A stretch of 55,373 nt of DNA, taken from assembly GCA_965552135.1 (NCBI GenBank), contig CBEVQY010000017.1, positions 1 through 55,373 on the forward strand. Direction: 5' to 3'. Under the pieces are notes generated by a model. It made no database searches. It was not told where the DNA came from and saw only the letters and a list, made by a program, of their open reading frames with translations. Of the stretch, positions 8,210-20,694 are shown piece by piece (position 1 is the stretch's first letter; every line of letters begins with the position of its first letter). The translations under genes and the position numbers were made by a program. The DNA comes from an uncultured bacterium. Lineage in GTDB: Bacteria; UBP14; UBA6098; B30-G16.

Positions 8210-10069
8210 TCAGAACGGGTACATAAGCGTTATGTGCCATCGCGAGTACGGCGGTGGGTCGAGCCTTGTGATCGCGGCGCCGTAGTCGGCGCGTATGGGT
8301 CCAACGGGCGTTGCCAGCGCGAACCCAAAGCCGCCGCTTATCCTTACGTCGTTTGGATTGACGTCCCTCCAGTCCCACCAGACTTGACCTGCATCGAGGA
8401 ACAGATGCCCCCAAAGCTTCCACACAAGCGGGAACCTCACCTCCGCCGAAAAGAGCGCAAGCACCTTCCCCCCCAGCATCGTTCCGTCCGATGCCTTTGG
8501 ACCTATCGATTTTTCCGAAAATCCCCTTACGGTGTTTGCGCCGCCCAGCGATAGCCTGTTGTGCACGGCGACGTCGGTGGAGCCGGGCTTTGTGCTGCCC
8601 ATAAGGTCCATCTGCAGGCGGCTGGCGTATACGGCGCTTCGCCAAAACGGAACGCGGATGTACCTCGTCCAGTAGAGCTCGAACTTGAAGTAGTGTTCGT
8701 CTCCGCCCAGCGGACCGCCCACGAAATCGGCTTCGAAGCGCAGAAGTGAGCCTGCCTTCGGCATAAGCACGTCGTCGCGCTTGTCGCGCTGGTATGTGTA
8801 GCTCAGCTTACGCGAGATGTAGATGCCCTGCTGTTGCTTTATCTCTTCTGCCTGGTCGGGCGGCACGCCGAAGACGTCGGCGCGCTCGTACGTTATACCG
8901 CCCCAGTGCGTCACCTCCCCGAGTCGGCGCACAAGCTGAAGGCTTCCGCCAAGCTTCTGCACGCGCCAGGGCTCCTGCTTGTGGCGAACGCCGGGCTCGA
9001 AGTACAGGGTCAGCGTTGAGGGCAGCTTGCGCGCAAAGGTCCAGGGCTCGTAGAAGACGACCTCGTAGCGGTGCGAGAGAAGCTGTAGGCTGTCCAGAAG
9101 CTGCGCCTCGCTTGAGGCGCGAAGCGTTAGGCTCTGACCGTTGCCGAAGATGTTCCTGTGCCCCCAGCCGACGGAGCCATTGACCGTGAGGTCGTATTCC
9201 GGGTCCGAGCCGAAGTCGAAGGAGAGACCGTACCAGCCCCTGGCACGCTCGACGACGCTTATCACGACATCGACCGTCTCGGGCTGACCGAACGTGTCGG
9301 CAAGCTCGACGGAGACTATCCTGAAAAGCCCCGTCGAGTAAAGTTCCTCCTTGCTCTGTTCCATCGCCGAGTAGGAGTAGGGCTCGCCGCTTTTTATGGC
9401 AAGCTCGCGCCGCAGGAGGAACTTTTTTGTCTTGCGCAGCCCCTTGTAGGTGATCTTGCCGAAGAAGGCTTTTTTGCCCGCGTCGACGGAGTAGTGTACG
9501 TCGACCGTGCAGGGCTTTCCCTCCGACTTGCCCCACCAAAGCGTTACCTTTGCGTAGGGGTATCCCTGGTCGGCGATCCAGCGCCACAGCCTGTTTTTAG
9601 CCGCTTCGGCTTCGAAAGGCGAGAATACATCGCCGCGCTTTACCCCAAGCGCCCTGTGGGCGCGGGCGCCGTCGAAGCCGGGTGGAAGGCGAAGCTCAAG
9701 TCTGCCCACAAAATACTTCGCACCCTCGTCTATGTATATCATCACGCGAACCCTGCTTGTGTCCTCGCCGAGCGGCTTGACCAGGGCGTTCGTCCTTACG
9801 TCCAAAAAGCCCCTGTCCTGATACATCGCCTTTATCGTTCCCAGGTCGTTTTGGAGCGCCGCAGAATTTAGGGGCGGATATCCGCCGAAGATGGCGTTGT
9901 ACCAGTGCGGCTTTGGGATGGTGAGCGCAGAGTACAGCTCCCACCGCGAGATCGCCCTATTCCCCACGAATTTCACCTCGACCACCCTCGGCAGCGCCGC
10001 CGCTGCACCCGCAAGCGTGAGGACGGCAAGGAAAAAGCTTTTCAAAACCCCTCGGGTCAATACTCCCAC
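8210..10069 (-). CDS. Omp85 family outer-membrane protein (TamA/BamA-like, about 3 POTRA domains)
   Basis: Signal peptide, POTRA repeats (FVGN, YQDRGF, LRREL, LYSTGLF), barrel motifs LGGANTVRGF and TPVGPIRADYG, terminal Phe. Directly downstream of tamB. Confidence 0.88.
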   Translation of the reverse strand: MGVLTRGVLKSFFLAVLTLAGAAAALPRVVEVKFVGNRAISRWELYSALTIPKPHWYNAIFGGYPPLNSAALQNDLGTIKAMYQDRGFLDVRTNALVKPLGEDTSRVRVMIYIDEGAKYFVGRLELRLPPGFDGARAHRALGVKRGDVFSPFEAEAAKNRLWRWIADQGYPYAKVTLWWGKSEGKPCTVDVHYSVDAGKKAFFGKITYKGLRKTKKFLLRRELAIKSGEPYSYSAMEQSKEELYSTGLFRIVSVELADTFGQPETVDVVISVVERARGWYGLSFDFGSDPEYDLTVNGSVGWGHRNIFGNGQSLTLRASSEAQLLDSLQLLSHRYEVVFYEPWTFARKLPSTLTLYFEPGVRHKQEPWRVQKLGGSLQLVRRLGEVTHWGGITYERADVFGVPPDQAEEIKQQQGIYISRKLSYTYQRDKRDDVLMPKAGSLLRFEADFVGGPLGGDEHYFKFELYWTRYIRVPFWRSAVYASRLQMDLMGSTKPGSTDVAVHNRLSLGGANTVRGFSEKSIGPKASDGTMLGGKVLALFSAEVRFPLVWKLWGHLFLDAGQVWWDWRDVNPNDVRISGGFGFALATPVGPIRADYGAAITRLDPPPYSRWHITLMYPF

Positions 10070-13000
10070 CTCAGGTCGAGTTTGAGTCTGTAGTTTTTGT
10101 CTTCGTCCTCGAGGGCGGCTATCGAGAAGTGCCCCGAAAGCTTATACACAAGCTCGATGGTTTGCCTTGGGTCCTCGGAGAGGACCTGCGAGTATCGGAG
10201 GAAGAGTTTCCTCCCGACCCGCTTTCCGACGGTCAGCCTCATCTGCGATGGTCGCAGGAGGCTTGCCTCTTCCCCCGCCGGCTCGAGCTCGAGCTCATCT
10301 ACGCCAAGCGTTTTGCGCGCAAGAAGTTCTATGTTGCGTTCGATATACTCCTGCAGGAAGCTTCGCGTTCTTTTTTCGAGTGCGCGCGCAAAGCCAACGG
10401 TGTCGGATGTGCCGGCAAGCATCCGCAGGATGTCGTCCTGCGTGAAGTCGGGGCTTGTGCTCGTTATCTGCACCTGAGGCTCCGAGAGTTTGCCGCTTAT
10501 GTGCAGGACAAGCTCCTCGCTGCCGAAGTTGGTGCTTGCGTCGATGTCGAGCTTGGGGTCGATAACGCTTATCTTGTCGAACGTGAGGACCCCGCGCTCG
10601 ATCCTGAACCTTTGCCCGTAGAGGAAGTACTGACCGTCGGCGATGGACAGCTCTCCCAAAAGCGCTATCCCCGCCTTCGACGAGGAGACCAAAAGCTCGC
10701 CACCAATTTTTGCCTCAAGCTGATTGCTAAGCAGCCAGATGTTCTCAAGCGTTAGCGCTACATCGCCCTTTAGGGGTAGCGCAAGCTTTCCCGGTGTTGC
10801 GGAGCCTATTTTGAGGATGTTCCCCTCTGTGATCGTTATCTGTCCGCCCACCGCTGGCGGCGCACCGACGACGTTCAGCGTGCCGCCCAAGACGGCGTAA
10901 AAACCCTTCGTCGTCGACTTCAGCGGGAAGTCTTTGAGGCAAAGCACAAGATCAGTTTTCGGATGCCGCAGGTTTGCGATGTCGATCGTTCCGCTGCCTG
11001 TGAACTTACCGCTTATGTGTGGTTGTCCCGCCACAAGCGCCCAGAGCTTTGCGAAGAAGCCACCACCGCCCGGCGGAGTTGCGGAGGTCTTCGCCTCAAG
11101 GCGCTCTAAGTGAAGCTTGTTCCCATCTATCGTTCCGGTTATGTTTATGTCGCTTATGGTGTTATCGAGGGGGTTGATCTTCACCGCCGCGCTTTCGACC
11201 TCGAAGCGCCCTACAAGGCGTATCGAGTCGATCGTGCCCGAGGCGTTTACGTTTGCGCGGTAGCTTCCGCGCAGGGCTTCCACGCCTATGAGGTTGGACA
11301 GAAGGTCGAGCTTTTCGCCGTTTGCGAAGGCATCGAGCTCGACCGCGCCGCCTCTAAGCGTGATGTATCCCTTCGCCACTGCCTCCTCACTGGGGCGGCG
11401 CAGGTGGAAGGTTCTGACGAAGATCGTGTCTCCTTTTAGGCGTGCTTCGGCGCGCATGGAGCTCCACGAAAGCCCAAAAAGCGCCAGCGGCGAGGCGCTA
11501 AGCGCAGCGAAGCCTTCGCCCTCGAGGTTGGCGAGGTCGATTTCAAGCTCGAAGTGTCCGTTTGCGGTGCCCGCTGCGCGCGGCAGACCCAAAAGCGCCG
11601 AAAGCTTTTGGAGCGAAAGCCCGTCCACCCCGCCTTTCACCGTAATGACGCCGCGGGCTGCGGCGAAGGTGTCGATGTCCATCCTCCCGTCGAACGCGCC
11701 CATCGGTATCCCCGACGCGAAGACGCCGCCGGAAAGGTTAAAGGTCGTCGCCTTAAGCAGGTTTACGGATGCTCCGGGCATTTCGACGGCGAAGCCCTCG
11801 ACGCGCAGGGACGGTTTTTGCCCCGCCGTAAGCATTCCTACGGCTCGCAGTGTGCGCACGCCGCTTCGCACCCGAAGCGGCCGGAAGAAAACCCTGTTGC
11901 GCGAAAACCTCGCCGAAAGGTAGAGGGTGTCGATGGGGACCTTGCCCCAACTCCCGCCTTCAGCGAGGGCTATAACGGTCCCTTCGCGACCGGACACATC
12001 AGTGAACTGCCCGGAGACGTTGAGCCTCCCGAGCTTGACGTCCGCGATCTTGCACCCTTCGCCTTCGATCTTGAACCTCACGCCCAGCTTCCGGCCGTTG
12101 CCGACGATGTGGGCGCTCAGGGCGTAGTTGCCGCGAATGCCTTTTAAGGCAAGCAGCTTGGCGGGGTCGTTTATTCTCCCTTTTGCGTGGATGTCGACGG
12201 CGCCGCTTGTCAGCGCAGAGCCCCAAAGCTCGATCCTGTTTTCGCCCGCGAAGAGAACAACAGGCTCCGTTTGTGAAGCCTCTGCGCCTTTTCGGCTGAC
12301 CCGAGCGGCTACGGCGGCGGAGTCGAAGTCGTACGCGGCAAGCGTCCCCTTGCGGAGTCTTCCGCGAAGCTCCATTTGCATGTCTTCGCCGAAACCTGCG
12401 CCCTCAACGGTCACCTCGCCGCACAGCTTGGTCGGGATAGGCGCGAAATTTCTCAGGTCGAAGTCGCTTACGTCCTTCAGGTGCATCGTGTATCGCATCG
12501 GTTCTTCGCGTGTTCGGAACGTGGCGTCTGCGTTTTTTACGGCTGCACCCCATAGGGAGCCGCGCGGAGCAAACAACCTCAGCACGCCAGAGCTGCACCG
12601 ATAGACGACCAGCATCGACTCGGCGCTCATGGGAATACCCCAGAACGTCCCCCTGCCCGTGATGAGCATCTCGTAGCGGTCGGACGAGGTATGACGGATG
12701 TCGAACCGAACTTTTCCGTTGCCCTCGAAGAACGTGAGGTCAGAAAGCCTTCCGACTTCGGTCATGTTGACCGTGTCGCCCCAGAGGACGAGCCTTTGGA
12801 AGAGCCCCGAGCTGGGATCAAGACGCAGAAGCTTGATCTGCACGTTCGAGGAGTCGAGCGCCAGGCGGAGTTTTGCGCTCACAAGGTCCCTTTGCGTTCG
12901 GAGCGTTCCCTGCGCTGCGGCTACGCGACCACGTCCGCGCCAGGCAAACCCCGCGCTGTCGACGGAAAGGACCGCCTCTCCGTCCTCGTCGATTCGTATT

Positions 13001-13470
13001 GCGCCGCGAAACGAAAGGCTCTCGACCTCGGCGGCTCCAACCTTTGCGGAGCCGTCGACGAGCTCCACAAGCTCGATGGTTGCCTGCGGGAGTTTTGGGA
13101 GCTTTGGTGCGCCGCCTGCGCCATCCGCCTGCCACGAAAGCCTCGGTCGAACAACCCTTAGGCGCGAAACGAGGATGGGCTTGCCCCAGATGTAGCGTAT
13201 GTCGACCGTGTCGGCGCAGAACGATGCGCTTGCGCCGTCGCCGCGGTAGCCAAGCCTGACGCCGAAGAAGGCTATGTGTCCTGGCACGAGGGTGGCACCC
13301 TCATAGCTTACCGAAACGGGCATGCCGTAGTGCGCAAGAACCACCCTCAGGGCAAGCTTCTGCAGCGCCGGCAAAAGCAAAAAAGCCGCCGAAAGCAACA
13401 CATAAAGCCCCAAAACGACTATGATGACCAAAAGTCCCCAAACTTTTATGTGGTAAAACAACTTACGCAC
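10057..13470 (-). CDS. tamB: Translocation/assembly module TamB-like protein (C-terminal DUF490)
   Basis: N-terminal membrane anchor, long beta-rich body, C-terminal RFRIERGVLTF...DPKLDIDA...GKLSEPQVQITS...LTVGKRV. Adjacent to an Omp85 gene. Confidence 0.82.
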   Translation of the reverse strand: MRKLFYHIKVWGLLVIIVVLGLYVLLSAAFLLLPALQKLALRVVLAHYGMPVSVSYEGATLVPGHIAFFGVRLGYRGDGASASFCADTVDIRYIWGKPILVSRLRVVRPRLSWQADGAGGAPKLPKLPQATIELVELVDGSAKVGAAEVESLSFRGAIRIDEDGEAVLSVDSAGFAWRGRGRVAAAQGTLRTQRDLVSAKLRLALDSSNVQIKLLRLDPSSGLFQRLVLWGDTVNMTEVGRLSDLTFFEGNGKVRFDIRHTSSDRYEMLITGRGTFWGIPMSAESMLVVYRCSSGVLRLFAPRGSLWGAAVKNADATFRTREEPMRYTMHLKDVSDFDLRNFAPIPTKLCGEVTVEGAGFGEDMQMELRGRLRKGTLAAYDFDSAAVAARVSRKGAEASQTEPVVLFAGENRIELWGSALTSGAVDIHAKGRINDPAKLLALKGIRGNYALSAHIVGNGRKLGVRFKIEGEGCKIADVKLGRLNVSGQFTDVSGREGTVIALAEGGSWGKVPIDTLYLSARFSRNRVFFRPLRVRSGVRTLRAVGMLTAGQKPSLRVEGFAVEMPGASVNLLKATTFNLSGGVFASGIPMGAFDGRMDIDTFAAARGVITVKGGVDGLSLQKLSALLGLPRAAGTANGHFELEIDLANLEGEGFAALSASPLALFGLSWSSMRAEARLKGDTIFVRTFHLRRPSEEAVAKGYITLRGGAVELDAFANGEKLDLLSNLIGVEALRGSYRANVNASGTIDSIRLVGRFEVESAAVKINPLDNTISDINITGTIDGNKLHLERLEAKTSATPPGGGGFFAKLWALVAGQPHISGKFTGSGTIDIANLRHPKTDLVLCLKDFPLKSTTKGFYAVLGGTLNVVGAPPAVGGQITITEGNILKIGSATPGKLALPLKGDVALTLENIWLLSNQLEAKIGGELLVSSSKAGIALLGELSIADGQYFLYGQRFRIERGVLTFDKISVIDPKLDIDASTNFGSEELVLHISGKLSEPQVQITSTSPDFTQDDILRMLAGTSDTVGFARALEKRTRSFLQEYIERNIELLARKTLGVDELELEPAGEEASLLRPSQMRLTVGKRVGRKLFLRYSQVLSEDPRQTIELVYKLSGHFSIAALEDEDKNYRLKLDLRWEY

Positions 13471-13589
13471 AATGAAAATATTGACACAGCGGGCAATTTC
13501 GGCAAGAGTAAAACTGGAAAAAGCTGTTGCGCACAGGGATATTGGAGATATTTTGTTAAAGATTTGGGCAAGCAGAAGGAGGGGATAGG

Positions 13590-14786
13590 ATGGCTTATCC
13601 TGAGGAATTTCGCAATTGGCTTCGCACCGAGCTTCAGGGCATCAAGGATGCGGGGCTTTGGAAGGAGGAGCGCATAATTACCTCGCCGCAGGGCGTTGAG
13701 ATAACGCTTTCCGACGGGAGGAAGGTTCTCAACTTCTGCGCCAACAACTACCTTGGACTTGCAAACGACCCCAGGGTAAAGGAGGCGGCAAGGAAAGTTC
13801 TGGAGAAGTACTCCTACGGCATGTCCTCCGTTCGCTTCATCTGCGGAACGCTCGATATACACAGGGAGCTTGAGCGCAAGATCGCCGACTTCCTCGGCAT
13901 GGACGACGCCATACTCTACGCCGCCTGCTTCGACGCAAACGGCGGGGTGTTCGAACCCTTCTTCAACAACGAGGATTCGGCTATAATCACAGATGAGCTT
14001 AACCACGCAAGCATAATAGACGGCGTCAGGCTCACCAAGAAGGCTTTGCGCCTCATCTACAAGCACTCCGATATGAACGATCTCGAGGAGAAGCTCAAGG
14101 AGGCGCAGTCGAAGAAGTTTAGGATAATCGTCACCGACGGCGTTTTCTCCATGGACGGCGACATGGCTAAGCTCGATGAGATCGTTCCCCTTGCCGAGAA
14201 GTACGGAGCGCTCGTTATGGTCGACGACTCGCACGCCACAGGCTTTATAGGTAAAACCGGGCGCGGCACGCCCGAGTACTTCGGCGTTAAGGTCGACATA
14301 ATAACCTCCACCCTGGGCAAGGCGCTCGGGGGCGCATCGGGCGGATTTACCGCAGCACATCAGGAGTACGTCGATATGCTGCGCCAGAGGTCGAGACCTT
14401 ATCTTTTCTCGAACACGCTCGCACCAATGATCGTTGGCGCATCGATAGCCGTGCTCGATATGCTCTCTGAAACGACGGAGCTTCGCGACAGGCTCGAGAA
14501 AAACACCAAGTACTTCCGCGAGAACATCGAGAAACTCGGCTTCGACGTAAAACCTGGAATCCACCCGATAATCCCCATAATGCTCTATGAGGGCAAGCTC
14601 GCCAACGACTTCGCCAGAGACATGCTCGATGAGGGGATTTACGTTATAGGCTTTTCGTATCCCGTTGTGCCCAGGGGTCAGGCGCGCATACGGGTTCAGA
14701 TATCGGCTGCGCACACGAAGGAGCACCTCGACAGGGCGCTTGAGGCTTTCGAGAAGGTCGGAAGGAAGCACGGCGTAATAAGCTAA
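13590..14786 (+). CDS. kbl: 2-amino-3-ketobutyrate CoA ligase (glycine C-acetyltransferase)
   Basis: [45 protein letters not shown] (PLP Lys), [22 protein letters not shown]. Confidence 0.96.
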   Translation: MAYPEEFRNWLRTELQGIKDAGLWKEERIITSPQGVEITLSDGRKVLNFCANNYLGLANDPRVKEAARKVLEKYSYGMSSVRFICGTLDIHRELERKIADFLGMDDAILYAACFDANGGVFEPFFNNEDSAIITDELNHASIIDGVRLTKKALRLIYKHSDMNDLEEKLKEAQSKKFRIIVTDGVFSMDGDMAKLDEIVPLAEKYGALVMVDDSHATGFIGKTGRGTPEYFGVKVDIITSTLGKALGGASGGFTAAHQEYVDMLRQRSRPYLFSNTLAPMIVGASIAVLDMLSETTELRDRLEKNTKYFRENIEKLGFDVKPGIHPIIPIMLYEGKLANDFARDMLDEGIYVIGFSYPVVPRGQARIRVQISAAHTKEHLDRALEAFEKVGRKHGVIS

Positions 14787-14856
14787 GGGCGGCTTTGTTC
14801 TTGATTGAGAGCAGCAGCGGGTTTATGTAGGTAGCCTTTCTGCAGCAGGAGGGTCT

Positions 14857-15261
14857 ATGAGGACGCGAGATTTGGAACGTTTCAAGAAGCTACTTCTTAA
14901 GATGCGCGAGGAGCTTAGGCGGGAGTGGGAGCTTTTTGAGAGGGACAAGCTCTCCAAGGATCTGCGCGACAGGCTGGGTCAGGTTTCGTCCTTCACGACT
15001 CATCCCGCCGATATGGGCAGCATAACCGACGAGCAGGAGCAGGCGTTCCTTTTGGCGAGCCAGGAGAGGTCCATACTTGAGGCGATAGAGAGGGCGCTTG
15101 AGAGGATCGAGGATGGCACATACGGCAAGTGCATCCTCTGCGGCAAACAGATAGACAGGGAGAGGCTTCTTGCCATCCCCTACGCCGAGTACTGCCTTGA
15201 GTGCCAGGAGATGCTCGACGAGGGCTTGGAGGCGGTGGAGGGGGAGGTCGAAAGCTACTGA
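14857..15261 (+). CDS. TraR/DksA family C4 zinc-finger protein
   Basis: Coiled coil with HPAD tip, ALERIEDGTYGKCILCG...RLLAIPYAEYCLEC. Confidence 0.9.
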   Translation: MRTRDLERFKKLLLKMREELRREWELFERDKLSKDLRDRLGQVSSFTTHPADMGSITDEQEQAFLLASQERSILEAIERALERIEDGTYGKCILCGKQIDRERLLAIPYAEYCLECQEMLDEGLEAVEGEVESY

Positions 15262-15267
15262 TAGCTG

Positions 15268-17148
<1,881 letters not shown>

Positions 17149-19275
17149 TCACACAGGCTTGAGCTTTGCGAAGCCCAAAACGAGCTTTTTCCTGACGCCG
17201 CCCGCGAACTCGACGGTGACAACGGCTCGCTCACCCCTGCCCCTTACCGCAACGACGACCCCCTCGCCGAAGAAGGGGTGGACGACGCGTCTTCCCGGCG
17301 CAAGCTCGGGGACGTTGGCTGCGCGGGGCGATAGGCTTTTGGCGGAGAGATCGACCCTCTTTGCGGTTTTCTCGTCGATCTCGGCGACGAAGGGCGAAGG
17401 CGCCATTGCCTCGACGCTGCCAAAGCGACTTCGCTGCAAAACGTGCGTTACTGCGGCAAAGCGCTTGGCGCGCGTGAGGGCAACGTAGAATAGCCTGCGC
17501 TCCTCCTCAAGCTCCTCGTCGGATGAGAGCGCCCGAAGGATTGGGAAAATCCCCAGCTCAAGCCCCACAACGAAGACCGCGTCGAACTCTAAGCCCTTTG
17601 CCGCGTGGACGGTCATGAGGTTCACCGTCTCGTCGGAGCGGGTCCAGCGGTCGACGTCGGTCATAAGCGTCACGGTGGCGAGGAAGCTTTGCAGCGTGGG
17701 GTTTGGGTTTTGGTTTTCGAACTGGTGCGCCGCCTCAACAAGCTGACCGATGTTCTCAAGGCGGCTTTGGGCATCAAGCGTCCCCTCCGAGATGAGCATC
17801 TGGATGTATCCGCTTTGCCTCAGGACCTCGCTTACGATGGCGGACGGCGGCGCGGTGTTTGCCTGCGCGCGAAACGACGCGATAAGTTCGGCAAAAGCCC
17901 TGAGTCCCTCAAGCGCCCTCCTCTGGACCGGCAGCGGGACGCCGCTTTCCACAAGCTCCAGAAGCGACATATCTGCATCGGAGGCGATTTTCTCAAGCTT
18001 TTCGATCGTCTTTATCCCCACGCCGCGGCGCGGCTTGTTCACAACGCGCTTGAACGAGACGTCGTCTGCGGGGTTGACGATGAGGCGCAGGTAGGCAAGG
18101 GCATCTTTGATTTCGGCGCGCTCGTAAAAGCCAACGCCGCCAACAACAACGTAGGGGATGTTCCTCCTCCGAAGCTCCTCCTCAAACAGGCGGGAGAGGG
18201 CGTTTATCCTGTAGAGGACCGCTATCTGTCCCGGTGGCGTTCCCTCCGAGGTGAGCCTTTCGATCTCGTCCACAACGAAGCGCGCCTCCGAGTAGTCGTC
18301 GGAAAGCTTTGCCACCAAAACCTTCTCGCCATCGGGGGCGTCGGTGTAGAGCCTCTTTTTGTGGCGCATTGTGTTGTGGGCTATCACGCTCGATGCCGCC
18401 GCAAGGATGTTGCCCGTAGAGCGATAGTTCCGCTCAAGCTTTATGATCTTGCAGTTCGGATAGAACTTTGGGAACTCGAGGATGTTTTTGATCCTTGCGC
18501 CGCGCCACGAGTAAATCGACTGGTCGTCGTCGCCGACAGCGGTGATGTTCTGGTGGAGCTCTGTGAGCTTGCGCAAAAGCACAAACTGAGATTCGTTCGT
18601 GTCCTGAAACTCGTCGACAAGTATATACTGGAACATCTCCGAGTACTTTCGGCGGACCTTGTCGCTTAGGATGAGCATCCTCACGGCGAACATAATGAGG
18701 TCGTCGAAGTCGAGGGCGTTTGCCTTTCTGAGGAGTTCGTCGTAGCGGGCGTAGATTTTCGCGAGGGTTTTCTCCGCCGGCGTTTGTGCAGTTGCGCTGA
18801 AGTCCGAGGCGGTCTTGAGGCGCCTTTTGAGGTTGCTTATCGCCTCCGCAACGCGCTTGGGGACGACTATGTTGGTGTCAAGCCCCATATCCGATATTAT
18901 CTCGCGGAGAAGGTGCACCGAATCGTCCGCATCGTAGATGATGAAGTCCCGTTGGATCCCTGCGGCGTCAGCATCCCTCCTCAGCATCCTCCCGCAGAGG
19001 GAGTGGAAGGTTCCGATCCACATACCCTTGAGGTTGCGCTCAAGCAGCCTTTGGGCGCGCTCACGCATCTCTCCCGCAGCCTTGTTCGTGAAGGTGACGG
19101 CGAAAATCGAGCCCGGGTCTATCCCGAGGACGTGCACGAGGTAGGCTATTTTGTATGTGAGGACACGCGTTTTTCCCGATCCCGCGCCGGCAAGAACGAG
19201 AACCGGTCCCTCAGTGCTGACAACGCCCTCGAGCTGCTCGGGGTTCAAATCCTTTTCGAAGTCAACGGCTGCCAC
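17149..19275 (-). CDS. pcrA: ATP-dependent DNA helicase UvrD/PcrA
   Basis: AGAGSGKT, TFTNKAA, VDEFQD, VGDDDQSIYSWRGA, LERNYRS, MTVHAAKGLEF, EERRLFYVALTRA, C-terminal HPFFGEG domain. Confidence 0.96.
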   Translation of the reverse strand: MAAVDFEKDLNPEQLEGVVSTEGPVLVLAGAGSGKTRVLTYKIAYLVHVLGIDPGSIFAVTFTNKAAGEMRERAQRLLERNLKGMWIGTFHSLCGRMLRRDADAAGIQRDFIIYDADDSVHLLREIISDMGLDTNIVVPKRVAEAISNLKRRLKTASDFSATAQTPAEKTLAKIYARYDELLRKANALDFDDLIMFAVRMLILSDKVRRKYSEMFQYILVDEFQDTNESQFVLLRKLTELHQNITAVGDDDQSIYSWRGARIKNILEFPKFYPNCKIIKLERNYRSTGNILAAASSVIAHNTMRHKKRLYTDAPDGEKVLVAKLSDDYSEARFVVDEIERLTSEGTPPGQIAVLYRINALSRLFEEELRRRNIPYVVVGGVGFYERAEIKDALAYLRLIVNPADDVSFKRVVNKPRRGVGIKTIEKLEKIASDADMSLLELVESGVPLPVQRRALEGLRAFAELIASFRAQANTAPPSAIVSEVLRQSGYIQMLISEGTLDAQSRLENIGQLVEAAHQFENQNPNPTLQSFLATVTLMTDVDRWTRSDETVNLMTVHAAKGLEFDAVFVVGLELGIFPILRALSSDEELEEERRLFYVALTRAKRFAAVTHVLQRSRFGSVEAMAPSPFVAEIDEKTAKRVDLSAKSLSPRAANVPELAPGRRVVHPFFGEGVVVAVRGRGERAVVTVEFAGGVRKKLVLGFAKLKPV

Positions 19276-19324
19276 GGCAAAAGTAAGATATCGGGCAGGG
19301 CGCTTGGCGCCAACGCCGGAGATG

Positions 19325-19843
19325 CTACCTTTTGCCTTTACGCAAAATCTCCTCGCTGCGGATGAACTCCTCGTAGGTCATATCCTTGTACCACTTGTCG
19401 CCTATATACTTGAGCAGGAGCTTGAACTTGTCGGGCGGGATGTAGCCCGGGACCTTGGCGATGATCGTTCCCACCGTATCCTGAAACTCCATAAATGCGC
19501 TTGTGGGCACGCCGCGCACGGCGAACATCGCGCAAAGCCGACGCTCGCTCACAAGCTTGCCCTTGAACTTCTGCCTCTTAGTGGACGAGGAGTTCAGCTT
19601 CGTCAAAATAAACTTCTCCGAAAGGAGCTTTTTTACGTCTTCGTTGTTTAGTGTGTTTCGCTCGAAGCGCCTGCACCAGCCGCAAAAGCTGCTGTAGAGG
19701 AACACGTAGAGGGGTTTTTTCTGCGCCTGTGCGAGCTTCATAGCCTCCTCGAGCGGGTGCCACACAAGCTCTGTGGACTTTTCCGCAGCACCCAACGAGG
19801 TCCCAAAAACGAGAAAGACCGCAACTGCACTAAGCAAACGCAT
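19325..19843 (-). CDS. Exported thioredoxin-fold protein (SoxW/DUF255-like)
   Basis: Signal peptide, CGWC active site, VRGVPT, PGYIPPDKF. Confidence 0.85.
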   Translation of the reverse strand: MRLLSAVAVFLVFGTSLGAAEKSTELVWHPLEEAMKLAQAQKKPLYVFLYSSFCGWCRRFERNTLNNEDVKKLLSEKFILTKLNSSSTKRQKFKGKLVSERRLCAMFAVRGVPTSAFMEFQDTVGTIIAKVPGYIPPDKFKLLLKYIGDKWYKDMTYEEFIRSEEILRKGKR

Positions 19844-19962
19844 CGCTTTCCTCCCTACATCTTGACAAAAATGCGCTTGTGGGGCGAAAAGTCAAGCGCA
19901 AAAGGCGGTTTTTGCCCCGCTCGGGCTTGCGCATCCAAGGGAGACTGCGCTATCTTTGTCTG

Positions 19963-20694
19963 ATGAGGATAAGGAGGGAGAGAGGGCTTATTTTGCGCAA
20001 GACGCGCTTTAAGGAAAGCAGCCTTGTGGTGCGTGCTTTCCTTTCGGATGGGTCTTTGGTTTCGCTGCTTTTTAAGGGAGCTCTAAGACCAAAGTCGGCT
20101 TTGGCTTCTCAGCTTTTGCCTTTTGCGCTTTTGGAGTTCGTCTTCTACCAGAAGGAGGGTCGGGGCGTTTTCACGGCGTCCGAGGCGTTTGTGGTTGAGG
20201 ATTTCGCCAGCGTTCGCGCAAGCTACGAGTCGCAGGTTGTTGCGGCAAGCTTCCTTCAAAGGGCGGCGTCGCTTATAAAGCCCGAGCAAGCCATACCCGA
20301 GGTCTTCGACATAACGCTTGCGCTTTTGCGCGGATGGGACGACATCTGCCGGCTTCCGCAGGATGTCGTTTGGGCGGGGTTTGTGTTAAAGCTTTTGACT
20401 TTTGCAGGTTTTGCCCCTTCCATCGATTTCTGCGCCGTCTGCGGTGGGATGCTTCCGCCGCAGGGGCTTAGGTTTTCTCCCGCGGCGGGCGGCGTGGTGT
20501 GCCCTGCGTGCAGCGCGCCAAACGACGCAGTGGAGATCGACGAAGCACTGCGCAGAGCGCTCGCCTTCATGCTCGCAAAGCCGTTCAGGGCGTATGGCAG
20601 GCTGGAGCTTACGCCCCAAAGGGCAAAGAGGGCAAGAGAGCTTTTGGACAGGTTTTGGACCTACCACATAGGCGAAGGGGCTTCGGCTACCTGA
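19963..20694 (+). CDS. recO: DNA repair protein RecO
   Basis: GLILRKTRFKESSLVV, LKLLTFAGFAP, CAVCG...GGVVCPAC Zn finger. The ATG at 19963 is preferred. Confidence 0.9.
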   Translation: MRIRRERGLILRKTRFKESSLVVRAFLSDGSLVSLLFKGALRPKSALASQLLPFALLEFVFYQKEGRGVFTASEAFVVEDFASVRASYESQVVAASFLQRAASLIKPEQAIPEVFDITLALLRGWDDICRLPQDVVWAGFVLKLLTFAGFAPSIDFCAVCGGMLPPQGLRFSPAAGGVVCPACSAPNDAVEIDEALRRALAFMLAKPFRAYGRLELTPQRAKRARELLDRFWTYHIGEGASAT

